A stretch of 64,000 nt of DNA, from IMG/VR virus record IMGVR_UViG_3300031576_000002, positions 1 to 64,000 of that record; one strand, written 5' to 3'. Every line of letters begins with the position of its first letter. Within the stretch, counting starts at the first letter, position 1. This document shows positions 44,411-54,450 of this stretch, in pieces. The notes beneath the pieces were generated by a model, which saw only the letters and a list, made by a program, of their open reading frames with translations, was not told the DNA's origin and made no database searches. The position numbers and the translations under genes are program-made.

Positions 44411-46473
44411 CAGGCAGCGGCGCGGCTCTGCCCGATAATGTCGCCCACCTCGACGGGATCTGTCAAGAGCTTCGTGATCCCGCCCTCCTTTCGCGCGATC
44501 CAGACCTGGTCGAACACGTCGAGCGGAATGGACTCTGGATCCGCATTGGTGGTCACGATCACAGTCTTGGACTCGTCTCGAATCGTTCGCAGCACTTCGA
44601 GGATCTGGGCGTGTCCCAGCGTATCTACATCGCGCAGGATTTCGTCGAACCCTACAAAGTTGAAAGACTTGGAAACTGTCTCGGCCAGTCTCCAGAGAGC
44701 AAAGAGCACCGCCACGGTCACTCGCTTGCGCTCCCCGCCCGACCACGCTGCGATAGGAAGCGCTCCCTTCACGGGATCTTCTACGGTCAGGTCGAGAACT
44801 TCCCCCTTGCCTTTGGTTTTGAAGCTGAAGGCGGCAGATACCTTGCCCTCGGTCAGAATCGCCAAGTAACGCGCTACTTCGGCGTTCAACGTGTCCAAAA
44901 GGGCTCGAATCTTGGCCGCACGAATCTGCGGAAATACATCTTTCTCCGCAACCCTGAAAACGTCCAGACGCGCCTGCGCCTCTTCCTGCTCTTTCTTCAG
45001 CGTCTCCAGTTGCGCCTGCGCCTGTGCATGGCGTTCCTCGATTTCGCCAATATGCTTCATCTTCTCCGTCAGGCGCCCTACTTCTGCCTCTGCCTGCCGC
45101 AGTACATCCTCTGCGATGGCAAGATCATTCTCTATTTTTCGACGACTTGTCTCCAGCTTCTTTAGATCCTCTTCCCCTACATCTTGCTCGACAGGATCGA
45201 TCTCTTCATCTTCTCCTCCCGGCCTGTACCCCGCAATCTCGTGCGTGAGCCGTTGATACTCCGCTATACGTTTCTTGATCTTCTCGGCCTTTTGCTGCTT
45301 GGTCTCGTACTTGACCAACTTCTCCGCAAGAGCTTCCTTTTGGCTTTCAAGACTCGTAACCAGCTCTTCCCTATCGTGCTCGTCTAGCGGGCGCAAGCAG
45401 GTAGGACACTTCGCACCCTCAACCGCCTGTAGGACTTCGACGCCTTCTGTGAGTTCCCCAAGCTTGCTCTCGGTCGTAGCGACCCGATTGCAAATCTGCC
45501 GGTAGCGATCCTCGAACGCTTGGGAATCCGTTAGATGATCGCCCAGCTTCCCTTCCAACTCTTCAAGTTGTGCCTGCTTCTTCGTGACTTCATCTCGGAC
45601 CCGCTGCTGCCGTTCGACCTGCCGCATCCGTTCATTCTTGCGGGCTAGTTCCTCTCTCCCTCTCGTAATACGGGTGTCCAAGCTCTTCCTTCGATTCTGC
45701 AAATCTGCGACTTGCACATCGACACGGTCTAGCTTCTCGCGCTCTGTCCGAAGCTGCATGACGATCAAGTCCGCATCGTCGAGCGCTTCCGCGCTTTCCA
45801 GAAGTGTCTCCGCCGTTTCGATCTGCCCTGCGATTCGTTCGACCGCCATCTCAGCCGAGCGGATATAGCCTCTAGCCGTCTCTTGACAGTCCCGCCAAAG
45901 ATCGAATCCAAACAGCTTCGAGAAAAATCCTTGTCGGGCCAGGTTGGTGCCAAATACGAACTCGTGAAGATCGTCCTGACCGATCAGGACAGCGCCGCGG
46001 AACACGTCGTAGGACACTCCAAGCAACTTCTCAATCTGCGACCCGACTGGACCCTTCTGCGTCAGATCCGCCCATTCATCGGCGCCGTCAAAAAGCCGGT
46101 AGGAGTTCTGATGAACGGGATGTCCCCTTGTGAGACGAACCCGGTAGGGGTGCCCTGCAACTTCAAAGTCGAGTTCGATCTTCGCGCCCTGCTCCTGCTG
46201 AACGGTATTGATGATCGCATCGTGCCCGATACCTCGGGACGTTTTCTCGTAGAGGGCGTAGCTAATCATATCTAGCAAACTGGATTTTCCTGATCCGTTA
46301 CTTCCCCCGAGATCATGATTTTGGCCTAGAAGTAGAACCAAACCCTGTCCGTCAAGATCCACTTCTACGGACCCCAGAGATAAAAAGTTCTCGGCACGAG
46401 CTTTCAAGAGCTTAATCACAGGTACTCCGTCCACTCGATGAGAGCGCGAATTTCCGCACGGGGGCACGGCCAA
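44410..46473 (-). CDS. sbcC: SbcC/Rad50/gp46-like SMC ATPase
   Basis: NFLS, GSNGSGKS, Zn hook CPTC, WSGGE signature, FDE. Confidence 0.92.
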   Translation of the reverse strand: MAVPPCGNSRSHRVDGVPVIKLLKARAENFLSLGSVEVDLDGQGLVLLLGQNHDLGGSNGSGKSSLLDMISYALYEKTSRGIGHDAIINTVQQEQGAKIELDFEVAGHPYRVRLTRGHPVHQNSYRLFDGADEWADLTQKGPVGSQIEKLLGVSYDVFRGAVLIGQDDLHEFVFGTNLARQGFFSKLFGFDLWRDCQETARGYIRSAEMAVERIAGQIETAETLLESAEALDDADLIVMQLRTEREKLDRVDVQVADLQNRRKSLDTRITRGREELARKNERMRQVERQQRVRDEVTKKQAQLEELEGKLGDHLTDSQAFEDRYRQICNRVATTESKLGELTEGVEVLQAVEGAKCPTCLRPLDEHDREELVTSLESQKEALAEKLVKYETKQQKAEKIKKRIAEYQRLTHEIAGYRPGGEDEEIDPVEQDVGEEDLKKLETSRRKIENDLAIAEDVLRQAEAEVGRLTEKMKHIGEIEERHAQAQAQLETLKKEQEEAQARLDVFRVAEKDVFPQIRAAKIRALLDTLNAEVARYLAILTEGKVSAAFSFKTKGKGEVLDLTVEDPVKGALPIAAWSGGERKRVTVAVLFALWRLAETVSKSFNFVGFDEILRDVDTLGHAQILEVLRTIRDESKTVIVTTNADPESIPLDVFDQVWIARKEGGITKLLTDPVEVGDIIGQSRAAA

Positions 46474-46700
46474 GTCTTTCGGCCGCCTTCATCCCGGTAG
46501 TGACGCCCATCGCTAAGGATTTTTGCAGGAAAATCAGGATCGTCGCAGTCGGTGCAAGATACAGCTTGCGCTGCTTCCTCTAACGCATTGACACGACTGA
46601 TCTCCACCGCATCTTCCACGACTTCGTTAATGTGATCGCACTCTGCGCAATGGGGAGTTCGGCGCGGATAGCATCCATTGCAGGTTAACTCTAAAGCCAC
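46416..46700 (-). CDS. Small Cys-rich protein
   Basis: CNGC, CAEC, CTDC. Confidence 0.5.
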   Translation of the reverse strand: MALELTCNGCYPRRTPHCAECDHINEVVEDAVEISRVNALEEAAQAVSCTDCDDPDFPAKILSDGRHYRDEGGRKTWPCPRAEIRALIEWTEYL

Positions 46701-46990
46701 GGATTCATCACCGCCCGCAAAAGCCCTTCACTCTTCATCATTTCCAAAAGCGGCAAGGCTCTACATGAATCCGCGCCGTGAATGGCTCCACTAAATGGAT
46801 TTTTTCCCCGGCAGTCCCGGCATACCACCCAGCAGGCATCTTCCAGCGCCACCTGTCGCGCAGCTCCCGACTCCGCGTACCGGGCGTCGATGCTACTAGG
46901 CTTGAGCGCTTCTGCCCGCCAACACGGCTCGATTGTGTTCGAGTGGGTGTCCCTGCAAATCGGACACTCGTCATACTCAGAAAGGCTCAT
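46691..46990 (-). CDS. Small Cys-rich protein
   Basis: CPIC, CRDC. Confidence 0.5.
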   Translation of the reverse strand: MSLSEYDECPICRDTHSNTIEPCWRAEALKPSSIDARYAESGAARQVALEDACWVVCRDCRGKNPFSGAIHGADSCRALPLLEMMKSEGLLRAVMNPWL

Positions 46991-48093
46991 ATTGCCCTAG
47001 CTGTCTCTCGTATCAGCGCCAAACACTGCTCCTTCAAGTCGTCCACCGGCACCGACCAATCCTTGCGCGAGGCGAGAAACGCGATCAACTCTTCTTCCGG
47101 AGACTTGCCTAGCTGCGACAGCACCGCCCCTTGGATCTCTACTTTGCCAGGCTGTGAGCTTTCTACGAATCGCTTCTCAACCAGCAGCGTAACTTCCCGC
47201 TTGGCCGCGCTGGCCCGCAAGGCAGGAATATCCAGAGCCCGCAGTTCCGCCGGAGTGTCGCTGACCGTCAGCTTGAGGATAGTTCGCGGTACACAAGTTT
47301 GTACCGCACCCTTGACTTCGTCCGCTTGAACCGTCGCCGCCGCAAGACGGTACGGCTTCTCCAACAAGATCGGCCTTGTCTTCACGCCTTGCGACATGAT
47401 CGTAACTAAGATCCCGCCGCTATCCTCGTAGGCTTCCCCAAAGTCCTTCTGCACGAGACTGCCGGAGTAGTAAGCAGGAGTCTCGCACTTGATCCGCTGG
47501 CGCTTGTGAATGTCACCGGCCGCGACATAGTCCACGTCCAGCTTGTCGAGAATCCTTGGATCGAGTCCTTTGTCTGCGGGCATGCCTCTGTACGCAGCAC
47601 CTTGGAAGGTCTCGTGCAGCATGAGAATGATGGGCTTCTCGATCTTCTCCGGGTGAAAACCTGGCCAGTTTCGCGGCTGAAATCGCTCAGGTCCACCGTA
47701 GGGCGGGATCACAACCAGAACGAACGTCTCGAACTCCTCGACCGCTAGCGTATCGAAGACACGAAGGTGGTGGAACCTGCCCTCTACAATCTGGAGCGTC
47801 TTGAGGGTGTGGTAGCCATTCAGCTCCCGGTTCAGGTAGTCGTGGTTCCCCGGCATGACAAGCACTGGAATTTCCAACTTGTCTACTCGATCGAACCAGG
47901 CAAGCAGCGCGTCCTTCTCCTGCTGGTGCGGATGAGGGTGCTCGAAGATGTCGCCCGCTAGCAGGATCGCCTCGACGGTTTCCCGTCTCGCAACCTCGAC
48001 GATCTCATCGAGCGCGAGCATCTGCCGTTCGAGGCTTCCTGGCAGCTTGCGCTGCGCCCCGATCTGCAAATCAGCAATATGCACAAACCTCAT
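46987..48093 (-). CDS. sbcD: SbcD/Mre11/gp47-like metallophosphoesterase nuclease
   Basis: HIADLQ, AGDIF, PGNHD, AGDIH, YSGS..Q.DFGE. Confidence 0.92.
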   Translation of the reverse strand: MRFVHIADLQIGAQRKLPGSLERQMLALDEIVEVARRETVEAILLAGDIFEHPHPHQQEKDALLAWFDRVDKLEIPVLVMPGNHDYLNRELNGYHTLKTLQIVEGRFHHLRVFDTLAVEEFETFVLVVIPPYGGPERFQPRNWPGFHPEKIEKPIILMLHETFQGAAYRGMPADKGLDPRILDKLDVDYVAAGDIHKRQRIKCETPAYYSGSLVQKDFGEAYEDSGGILVTIMSQGVKTRPILLEKPYRLAAATVQADEVKGAVQTCVPRTILKLTVSDTPAELRALDIPALRASAAKREVTLLVEKRFVESSQPGKVEIQGAVLSQLGKSPEEELIAFLASRKDWSVPVDDLKEQCLALIRETARAI

Positions 48094-48095
48094 AG

Positions 48096-48329
48096 CTACG
48101 CGACTCCAATTCTCAACAGCTCGCGAAATACGGGAGACACAAACTCCTCCCCCATCGTCTCGGGTTCAAGCCAAGACTCTCCTTTACGGCACGCAGCGAT
48201 TCTGTTCAAGACCGCGCGAATCTCTTTCGCCTGGGTAGGCTCTCCTAGCAATTCCAACTGCTTCGCCAAGTCCTCTATGTACTCGGCTGCCTGATCCCAA
48301 GTCTGAAGCTGAAAGTCCCGACCTGCCAT
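48096..48329 (-). CDS. Hypothetical protein
   Basis: ORF track. Confidence 0.5.
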   Translation of the reverse strand: MAGRDFQLQTWDQAAEYIEDLAKQLELLGEPTQAKEIRAVLNRIAACRKGESWLEPETMGEEFVSPVFRELLRIGVA

Positions 48330-48340
48330 AAGGTTCCAAG

Positions 48341-48362
48341 CGGGGCCGGAAGACCGGCCCCG
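48341..48362. other. Perfect 9-bp GC hairpin after the SSB-like gene (mRNA stabiliser or weak terminator)
   Basis: CGGGGCCGG-AAGA-CCGGCCCCG; no clear U-tract on the minus strand. Confidence 0.5.
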
Positions 48363-48377
48363 TTTGCCTCTGTACGC

Positions 48378-49007
48378 TCAGTCGTCGTCCAGTTCGACCG
48401 AATCCATATCGGAGAATTCCTCGTCGTCGTCATCCGCGGACTTCGCGGCTTTCTTCTTGGGCGCAGGCTCGTCTTCCTCCACCTTGCGCTTGGGAGGCTC
48501 GTCCTCCTCCACCCGCCTCTTCTTGACCGCGGGTTCCCTGTAGTCCACCGGCGCAGCTCGCTTCTTGGGGGCCGCCTCTTCCACCTTGCGCTTGGGGGCG
48601 GGCTCGCCGTCCTCGACCGGGCTCTTCTTCTTCTTGATCCGCCAAAGCTTGTCCACATTCGCCCAAGAGTTCCCCTTCGTGTCTTCGGTCACTTCCACAT
48701 TGATTCGCACGCGCGTTCCGATGTAGGCACGCAGATCGTCGTCGTCCAGCCCTTGGCCAAAGTCGATGTCCACGCTCAGCGCGTCCATGACCGCATCGAG
48801 CTTGCCCTTTCCCGTACCGGAGAACTTCGTGTTTGTAATCATGGACACGACGCAGCCATCGTACTCGCCGCCATCCTTGATCTCGAACATCCACCGGATG
48901 CTGGGGCCAAACTTCGGCTTCTCGACTTCCTTGATGTCCTTGAGCACGGCTTCGTACACGTCCGGCTCTGGAATCTTGATCTCTTCCTTGACCACTCTGA
49001 GTGCCAT
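48378..49007 (-). CDS. Probable single-stranded DNA-binding protein (OB-fold, acidic tail)
   Basis: YEAVLKDI...FGPSIRW.FEI...GTRVRINV...NSWANV; ends DSVELDDD; neighbours RecA and SbcCD. Confidence 0.65.
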   Translation of the reverse strand: MALRVVKEEIKIPEPDVYEAVLKDIKEVEKPKFGPSIRWMFEIKDGGEYDGCVVSMITNTKFSGTGKGKLDAVMDALSVDIDFGQGLDDDDLRAYIGTRVRINVEVTEDTKGNSWANVDKLWRIKKKKSPVEDGEPAPKRKVEEAAPKKRAAPVDYREPAVKKRRVEEDEPPKRKVEEDEPAPKKKAAKSADDDDEEFSDMDSVELDDD

Positions 49008-49054
49008 TTTGCTGCCTCCCCTTTTATCGACTCACGGTCGATTTGAGTTCTTAG

Positions 49055-49666
49055 CTACGCTCGCATCGAGCGCTTGATGTGAATTCCGCCGGTCTCGCCT
49101 CGCGAAATTTCTCCCAGGTCTGCCTGCATCTGAACCACGGTGATTTGACGGCTCACCGACTGAAACGCCTGGTCTAGGTTGTCCAGAATGAGCCCGACCT
49201 GCCGGTCGTACAAAGTTGCATGTGCAACTCCTTGCCGAACAAGGCGGCGCAATTTCCTGAGCGTACCTGGAACCAGTTGGTTCGCCGCCGCCAGCCTGAG
49301 TGTCTGGTTGGACTGGCTGTGAACCTCGGGACGGTTGAGCATTGCCATGTTGACGTGGTGCTCGACTTCCTCCCCTACATCAGACTCCAAGCTCTTCCAG
49401 AGATGGTGGGCCGCGACCGCCTCCGTCTTCGCTACCACGGTACGATCACGGTAGGATTGGATCCGCTCGATCTGATGACTCACTTCAGAGAGCGGAAGCG
49501 ACGACGGATCTTTCGACAGGTTCACGGTGTAGCCACGCAACTCTTGCATCGTCGCTATGTAGTCGGGCTGCGCCTGCACAAGCTTCTCGTACTTCCTGGC
49601 GAGCTTCTTCGCCTGGGCTACGCGCTCTTGACTTGGAACGCTTTCGTCACGATTCTCTGAATCCAT
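49055..49666 (-). CDS. Hypothetical helical protein (possible recombination mediator)
   Basis: ORF track; lies between RecA and SSB. Confidence 0.5.
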   Translation of the reverse strand: MDSENRDESVPSQERVAQAKKLARKYEKLVQAQPDYIATMQELRGYTVNLSKDPSSLPLSEVSHQIERIQSYRDRTVVAKTEAVAAHHLWKSLESDVGEEVEHHVNMAMLNRPEVHSQSNQTLRLAAANQLVPGTLRKLRRLVRQGVAHATLYDRQVGLILDNLDQAFQSVSRQITVVQMQADLGEISRGETGGIHIKRSMRA

Positions 49667-49854
49667 GGATCTCGCTTCCCAGACGCACGTATGTCTTCGT
49701 CGATCAGATTTTCGATCTGCCTGTGCAGGTCCGCGCTGACTTGTTCAAGGTCTTCACCATCAGCGACAGTCGTTGTGATACTGGTGGAGAATTCGACGGA
49801 CTGGTAGTCAGCCGACACTCTCTTGACTACGCCCTTGCTCAGCTTCAACGGCAT
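49618..49854 (-). CDS. Small hypothetical protein
   Basis: 'SADYQSVEFSTSIT' pattern; ORF track. Confidence 0.5.
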   Translation of the reverse strand: MPLKLSKGVVKRVSADYQSVEFSTSITTTVADGEDLEQVSADLHRQIENLIDEDIRASGKRDPWIQRIVTKAFQVKSA

Positions 49855-51688
49855 GGGGTTTCTCGCGCAGGGCTCGCCGGACCTCTTTCAAAAACTCGGG
49901 ATCTTCGCTGAGCGCCTGCTTTAGCTTTTCGCGACCGATGTAGCTTCTCCCCAGCAGCGTGAGTTTTCTACGGTCGCCTTCTACTATACCGCGTGAGATT
50001 GCGGCGCGAAGAACGCCGGAAACCACGTCGATTCCAGTTTTGTAATTGAGGATGACCTCGGCCTCTCCGCCTGGAGGGGCAAACTTGTTTTTCACTACTT
50101 TGATCTTGACCGTGTGCGCGTCTGGAATTTTATCTCCGCCGGCACGACTTACCCGCACGCTGAGCGCCTTCCAGTGTTTCAGCGCTCTCCCGCCGGGCTG
50201 ATCTTCGGGACTGCCCCACATGACATTCACTTTGCTACGGAGCTGGTTGATGAATACCAACACGGTACTCGTCTTGTTAAGACGGGGAGCGATCTTCGCA
50301 AGTCCGTGCTGGACAAGGCGTGCTTGCAGGCCGGGAATCTCTTTGTCCTCGACATCTCCCGCAACGACCCGGGCAGGCGTCACGACTGCGATCGAGTCCA
50401 CCACGATCACGGCGTAGCGATCCTGGTCGATCAGCGCGTAGAGCAGATCGAAGAAGCGTTCGCCACTGGGAACGCCGTCTGAATTCTCGGGAAGGCCCTT
50501 GACCCGCACCAACCGCTTGCGCTGAATTCCAAGCGTCCGCATCCAAGTAGGAGGAGTTGCCTGCTCCAGATCGCAGTAGACACACGGTTTCTTCAAGTCC
50601 TTTTGAATAGAGCCAATCATGTGAAGCATGAGCGCCGACTTCCCTGAATTGTGAACAACGAAACCATTTGCTACATAATTGTTGAACGGGCTTGCCACCC
50701 TCAAGTCGTATGTTCGGCATTTGCCCGCTTTACGAATGACAGAAATGTGATCCTCTACTGCCACAAAACGTAGATTGTTGTGCCGTTCAAGTGCATGCTC
50801 CCTTCCATGCGCGCTGGGCGACATTACAACAAGATTTTCTAATGCGTCATTTTTACAGTCTTCGTCTAGGTGGTGTACGTGCTCTGCTTGAGATAAGAAC
50901 TTTAACCCTTCAAGCCGCCCGTCGTTAAGAAGCCGAACATACTCCTTAAACGATAGTCCGTTCAAAGCAGCTTCCACGACAGCCCTGGAACGCCTTAGCC
51001 TGCGGTAGGTGTAGCATTTGCCCGCTGTGCCAGGCACTCTCTTAGTAGGGGCGTTGGGATGGAACTTCACAAAAATGTCAATTCGACTAATAGCTGGAGT
51101 ACGCTCGCGCACACGGTACGGAGTACGATTGTGGATATAAACTGAGTCACCTACTACCAAATCGGCCAAAGCTGTATAGCACTCACCTGTCCAGAATTTG
51201 TGCTCAGGTGTAGCTTTTAGACGGTACCCCTTAAACGTCTCAACTTCTAGGCATTGCCGCACACCCGTCGAGATTACATCCACAACTCTATTTTGAAAAA
51301 TACGCCCCTCTTCGTTCACGCAAGAAGTAAAAAAGTATGAATCGACTATAGCAGAGCGCTTATACATCCCTAGTCCTGACATCGGAATCCCGTGAAAACG
51401 GTTGTACAGCCGCTCAACCGTCCCCCCTTTGCAGCTTTGACGCCGCCCTTCTGGGGTTCGCGTGCCATAGCGTATAAAAGTGCTAGCCTCCACGCAGGAT
51501 TCCGGACCCCAGGCTTCCACAATCTTGCCTTGGGGAAGGCCCCCAATTCCAGTAGCTACATCAAAATCCTCGATGCCAGTCGAGTAGACGCGGGTGTACT
51601 GATCGTCTGCCTCAAATCCTCGTCCGATGCAGGGACCGAATTTGGCCACCAGTCCGTCTAACTCGTTCTTTTTCTTTTCTTCTTTCAT
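49808..51688 (-). CDS. recA: RecA-like recombinase with an intein in the P-loop
   Basis: GIGGLPQGKIVE.WGPES/SGKS, VVDS, QARL, FINQLR, PGGRALK, KNKFAPP. Confidence 0.95.
   Translation of the reverse strand: MKEEKKKNELDGLVAKFGPCIGRGFEADDQYTRVYSTGIEDFDVATGIGGLPQGKIVEAWGPESCVEASTFIRYGTRTPEGRRQSCKGGTVERLYNRFHGIPMSGLGMYKRSAIVDSYFFTSCVNEEGRIFQNRVVDVISTGVRQCLEVETFKGYRLKATPEHKFWTGECYTALADLVVGDSVYIHNRTPYRVRERTPAISRIDIFVKFHPNAPTKRVPGTAGKCYTYRRLRRSRAVVEAALNGLSFKEYVRLLNDGRLEGLKFLSQAEHVHHLDEDCKNDALENLVVMSPSAHGREHALERHNNLRFVAVEDHISVIRKAGKCRTYDLRVASPFNNYVANGFVVHNSGKSALMLHMIGSIQKDLKKPCVYCDLEQATPPTWMRTLGIQRKRLVRVKGLPENSDGVPSGERFFDLLYALIDQDRYAVIVVDSIAVVTPARVVAGDVEDKEIPGLQARLVQHGLAKIAPRLNKTSTVLVFINQLRSKVNVMWGSPEDQPGGRALKHWKALSVRVSRAGGDKIPDAHTVKIKVVKNKFAPPGGEAEVILNYKTGIDVVSGVLRAAISRGIVEGDRRKLTLLGRSYIGREKLKQALSEDPEFLKEVRRALREKPHAVEAEQGRSQESVG
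50648..51496 (-). mobile_element. Intein with HNH endonuclease (283 aa)
   Basis: Starts CVEASTFI, ends TYDL.V...NNYVANGFVVHN/S; internal HVHHLDEDCKNDALENL. Confidence 0.92.
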
Positions 51689-54450
51689 GCAGCCTCCACA
51701 AGCTTAGGAAATAGATCGGCGTGAGCTTCGAAAAACTTCTCCGGCTTCATCATCTCGCTCAGGCTGAACCCTACTTCCATCTCAACCGGCATGGAAATAT
51801 CGAACGTCGGGTGCAGCATTCCGCGTACCTTGCTGCAAACCTTCATCGCTTTCGGTAGATCCTGGACTGCGACTTCGGAGAGGATCGCGTCGTGAATGTG
51901 CAGGCAGATCCTCGCATCAAGTTTCGTCTTTTTGTATGCCCTGAGCAGGTTCACCGCACGAGTTGTGTTCTCATCGTGACAGGCACCCTGAATGGGGGAG
52001 TTGGAGGCTTCTCGATCTTGCTTCGTCACCCAGTCTACTTTCCGGCCTCGAATGCCCCGAATGACGCGGATACGTCCGTGAAGGGAGCGAACGAACCCGG
52101 TCGTCCTCGCAAAAGCACGGACGTTCGCTACGAACTGGTGCGCCTGCCGGTAACGACCCCAGAAGGCTTCCTGGATCTTCTTCGCCACTTCCAGTGGGAT
52201 CCCTACCTGCATGGCTAGAGTTTCTGGCCCCCCGCCATAGATCGTCTCGAACACGCCGGTCTTGGCTTTCTCCCGTAGATCGCCGCCTGTCTCTTTGTCT
52301 TTCTGGATTTCCTCTTCTGTCTTCTCAAATGCAACCGAGGCAACGTAGCGGTGAACATCGAACCCGGTGCGAATGTCTTCCTTCATTATCTCGTCATTGG
52401 CGTAGATTGCCAGCAGCCGAAACTCGGCTTGCGCGTAGTCCTCTTTGATGAAGGCATAGCCCGGCCTAGCCCTGAATATCGATTTGATCTCTTTGGCCCT
52501 TGGGCCACGATTGGGAATGTTCTGGAGATTGATGGGACGCTTCGAGGACCATCTTCCCGTCTCCGTGCCGATGACGAAGTATTCGGCGCGTAGCATTCCA
52601 TCCTTGCCGATATTTTTGAGAACGCTATTTTTGAGATACGAGATGTAAGAGAGGAGCTGGCGAGTACGCGACAGCTCGTTCACAACGGGATGATCGTATT
52701 TTTCCAAGACCTTCTTGCCGGTCGCTCGCGACCCTTTCTTCGTCATGTGTAGAACAGGAAGCTCCAGAATATCGAACAGCAGCGTGTGCATGTGCTTGGT
52801 GGAGCGGCAGTTGAACGTGACAGGCCGCAGCGGCTTTCGTGGCTGAAAGGGTTTCTTTCCCTGCGCCTCGCGCTGAGCCTCGGTCTTCGCGTCGCGCCTT
52901 TCCGTCTCGATCGTGCCAACTCTGCGAATTTCTTCTAGCTCGAAGAGCTTCGAATTTACCTGCGTGACTTCTTTCTGGTACTGGTCGATCAGATCGAGAA
53001 CTCGGTCTTTGTCGATGTAGACCCCGCCCTCCATCATGTGATCGGCGAGTTGAAGGACGGGCGCCATGATCTGAAAATAGAACTCTTCCAGGCCGAGACC
53101 TACGGGGCTGGGAACTCTGATGTCAAAGTTGCGGATCCGTCCGAGCAGGCTATCGACGACTCGCCACTCCGCGTCCGCATCGGCTGCGGCGTAGCGGTAC
53201 AGGGTTTCTTCGGGCAGCAGCGCATAGCTACTTCCTCGGATCAGCTTGGACTTTGCGCGATCGAGCGGCTCTTCGTAGTTTCCAAGCTCGGTCCAGTGGA
53301 AGCTGAGTTCCTTGAGGCCGTGCCCTCCCTCTTGGTCGATCAAGTGAGAGAGAACCATGCCGTCGATATGAAAGCCCTTGACTCTGATGCCGAGGTCGTG
53401 GCGAAGGATGCGGCAATCGAACAGGCGGGCATTGTGCCCGATCTTCTTGATCGTGGGGTCTTCCAGGAGTCTCTTGAGGGTGCCGTGCAAAACTGCTTCT
53501 TGCGCAGGAGTCCAAAACGGCTGCAAGGCTTGCCCAGGAGTCGCAACCTGGTGCCGCCAGGGAATCGTCGCGGCTTTGCCTTTGGCCCAGCAAAAGCTGA
53601 TGCAGAGAATCTTATCTTCGCGTGCAACGGGATAGCCACGCCGCAAGGCCGTATCTGGCGGCGAGGTTTCCAAGTCGAACGAGATCGTGTCGCAGCCTTC
53701 CAGGAGTTCGAGGAGATTCTTTGCGGCTTTGAATGTGTCCGCGATGCGATAGTCCGGTAGAGCACTGGGGACTTCGATGCCGGCGTAGCTTGCCATCATC
53801 CGAATCGCGTTCGTAAAGCTGATGGGATCCAGCCATTCCAGCGGATCCTGCTTCTCTCGCCTCAGGTAGGCAGCGGGGTGATATGCCGGAATCAGGTAGG
53901 GGCCTCCTCCCTGCCATTGGCGTTTTCGATCGGAAAGGAACACGTCTCCGACTACGTCCTGCATCACGACCTGCTTTTTGAATCCGAACATCCGCAGCAC
54001 TTCACGAGTTGCAGTTCCGCCGAGAAGGCCAATCACACGAGGACGGTAGCGAGCAATATCTTTCCAGAGGTAGTCGAGGCAGGGCTCGTAGATTGCTCGG
54101 TTAGGTACACGGTTGAGGGGAAGCTTGCAGCGAATCGTGTTGGCAACCCAGACCTGCTTGGCTAGACCGAGCTGGTCGAGGTGCTGATTCAGGAACTGTC
54201 CGGCTGGACCTACGAACGGGGTATCGAGCGCTACTTCGTAGTCGCCGGGAGCTTCTCCCACGAGCATGATGGGGTTGCGAGGATCGCCACGGTTTCCCAC
54301 GAGAGTACGGCGGACGACTTTTGGCTCTCCTCCATCCTCGGCACACTTTACGAGCGAGGTCTCCCACAGGGAGCACTTCGTACAGCGGACCTTCTCACCC
54401 GGCACAGCTTGAGCGAGAAGATCTTCGAGAAAGCCAACTTGGTCGTTCAC
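51685..54450 (-). CDS. polA: Family A DNA polymerase with N-terminal family-4 uracil-DNA glycosylase domain and 3'-5' exonuclease
   Basis: CTKC...GEAPG..E...PFVG.AG...RC...HP; FDLET, GHN..FD, YAAADA; QNIP, DYAQAEFR, KT..F..IYG, IHD. Confidence 0.95.
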   Translation of the reverse strand: MNDQVGFLEDLLAQAVPGEKVRCTKCSLWETSLVKCAEDGGEPKVVRRTLVGNRGDPRNPIMLVGEAPGDYEVALDTPFVGPAGQFLNQHLDQLGLAKQVWVANTIRCKLPLNRVPNRAIYEPCLDYLWKDIARYRPRVIGLLGGTATREVLRMFGFKKQVVMQDVVGDVFLSDRKRQWQGGGPYLIPAYHPAAYLRREKQDPLEWLDPISFTNAIRMMASYAGIEVPSALPDYRIADTFKAAKNLLELLEGCDTISFDLETSPPDTALRRGYPVAREDKILCISFCWAKGKAATIPWRHQVATPGQALQPFWTPAQEAVLHGTLKRLLEDPTIKKIGHNARLFDCRILRHDLGIRVKGFHIDGMVLSHLIDQEGGHGLKELSFHWTELGNYEEPLDRAKSKLIRGSSYALLPEETLYRYAAADADAEWRVVDSLLGRIRNFDIRVPSPVGLGLEEFYFQIMAPVLQLADHMMEGGVYIDKDRVLDLIDQYQKEVTQVNSKLFELEEIRRVGTIETERRDAKTEAQREAQGKKPFQPRKPLRPVTFNCRSTKHMHTLLFDILELPVLHMTKKGSRATGKKVLEKYDHPVVNELSRTRQLLSYISYLKNSVLKNIGKDGMLRAEYFVIGTETGRWSSKRPINLQNIPNRGPRAKEIKSIFRARPGYAFIKEDYAQAEFRLLAIYANDEIMKEDIRTGFDVHRYVASVAFEKTEEEIQKDKETGGDLREKAKTGVFETIYGGGPETLAMQVGIPLEVAKKIQEAFWGRYRQAHQFVANVRAFARTTGFVRSLHGRIRVIRGIRGRKVDWVTKQDREASNSPIQGACHDENTTRAVNLLRAYKKTKLDARICLHIHDAILSEVAVQDLPKAMKVCSKVRGMLHPTFDISMPVEMEVGFSLSEMMKPEKFFEAHADLFPKLVEAA

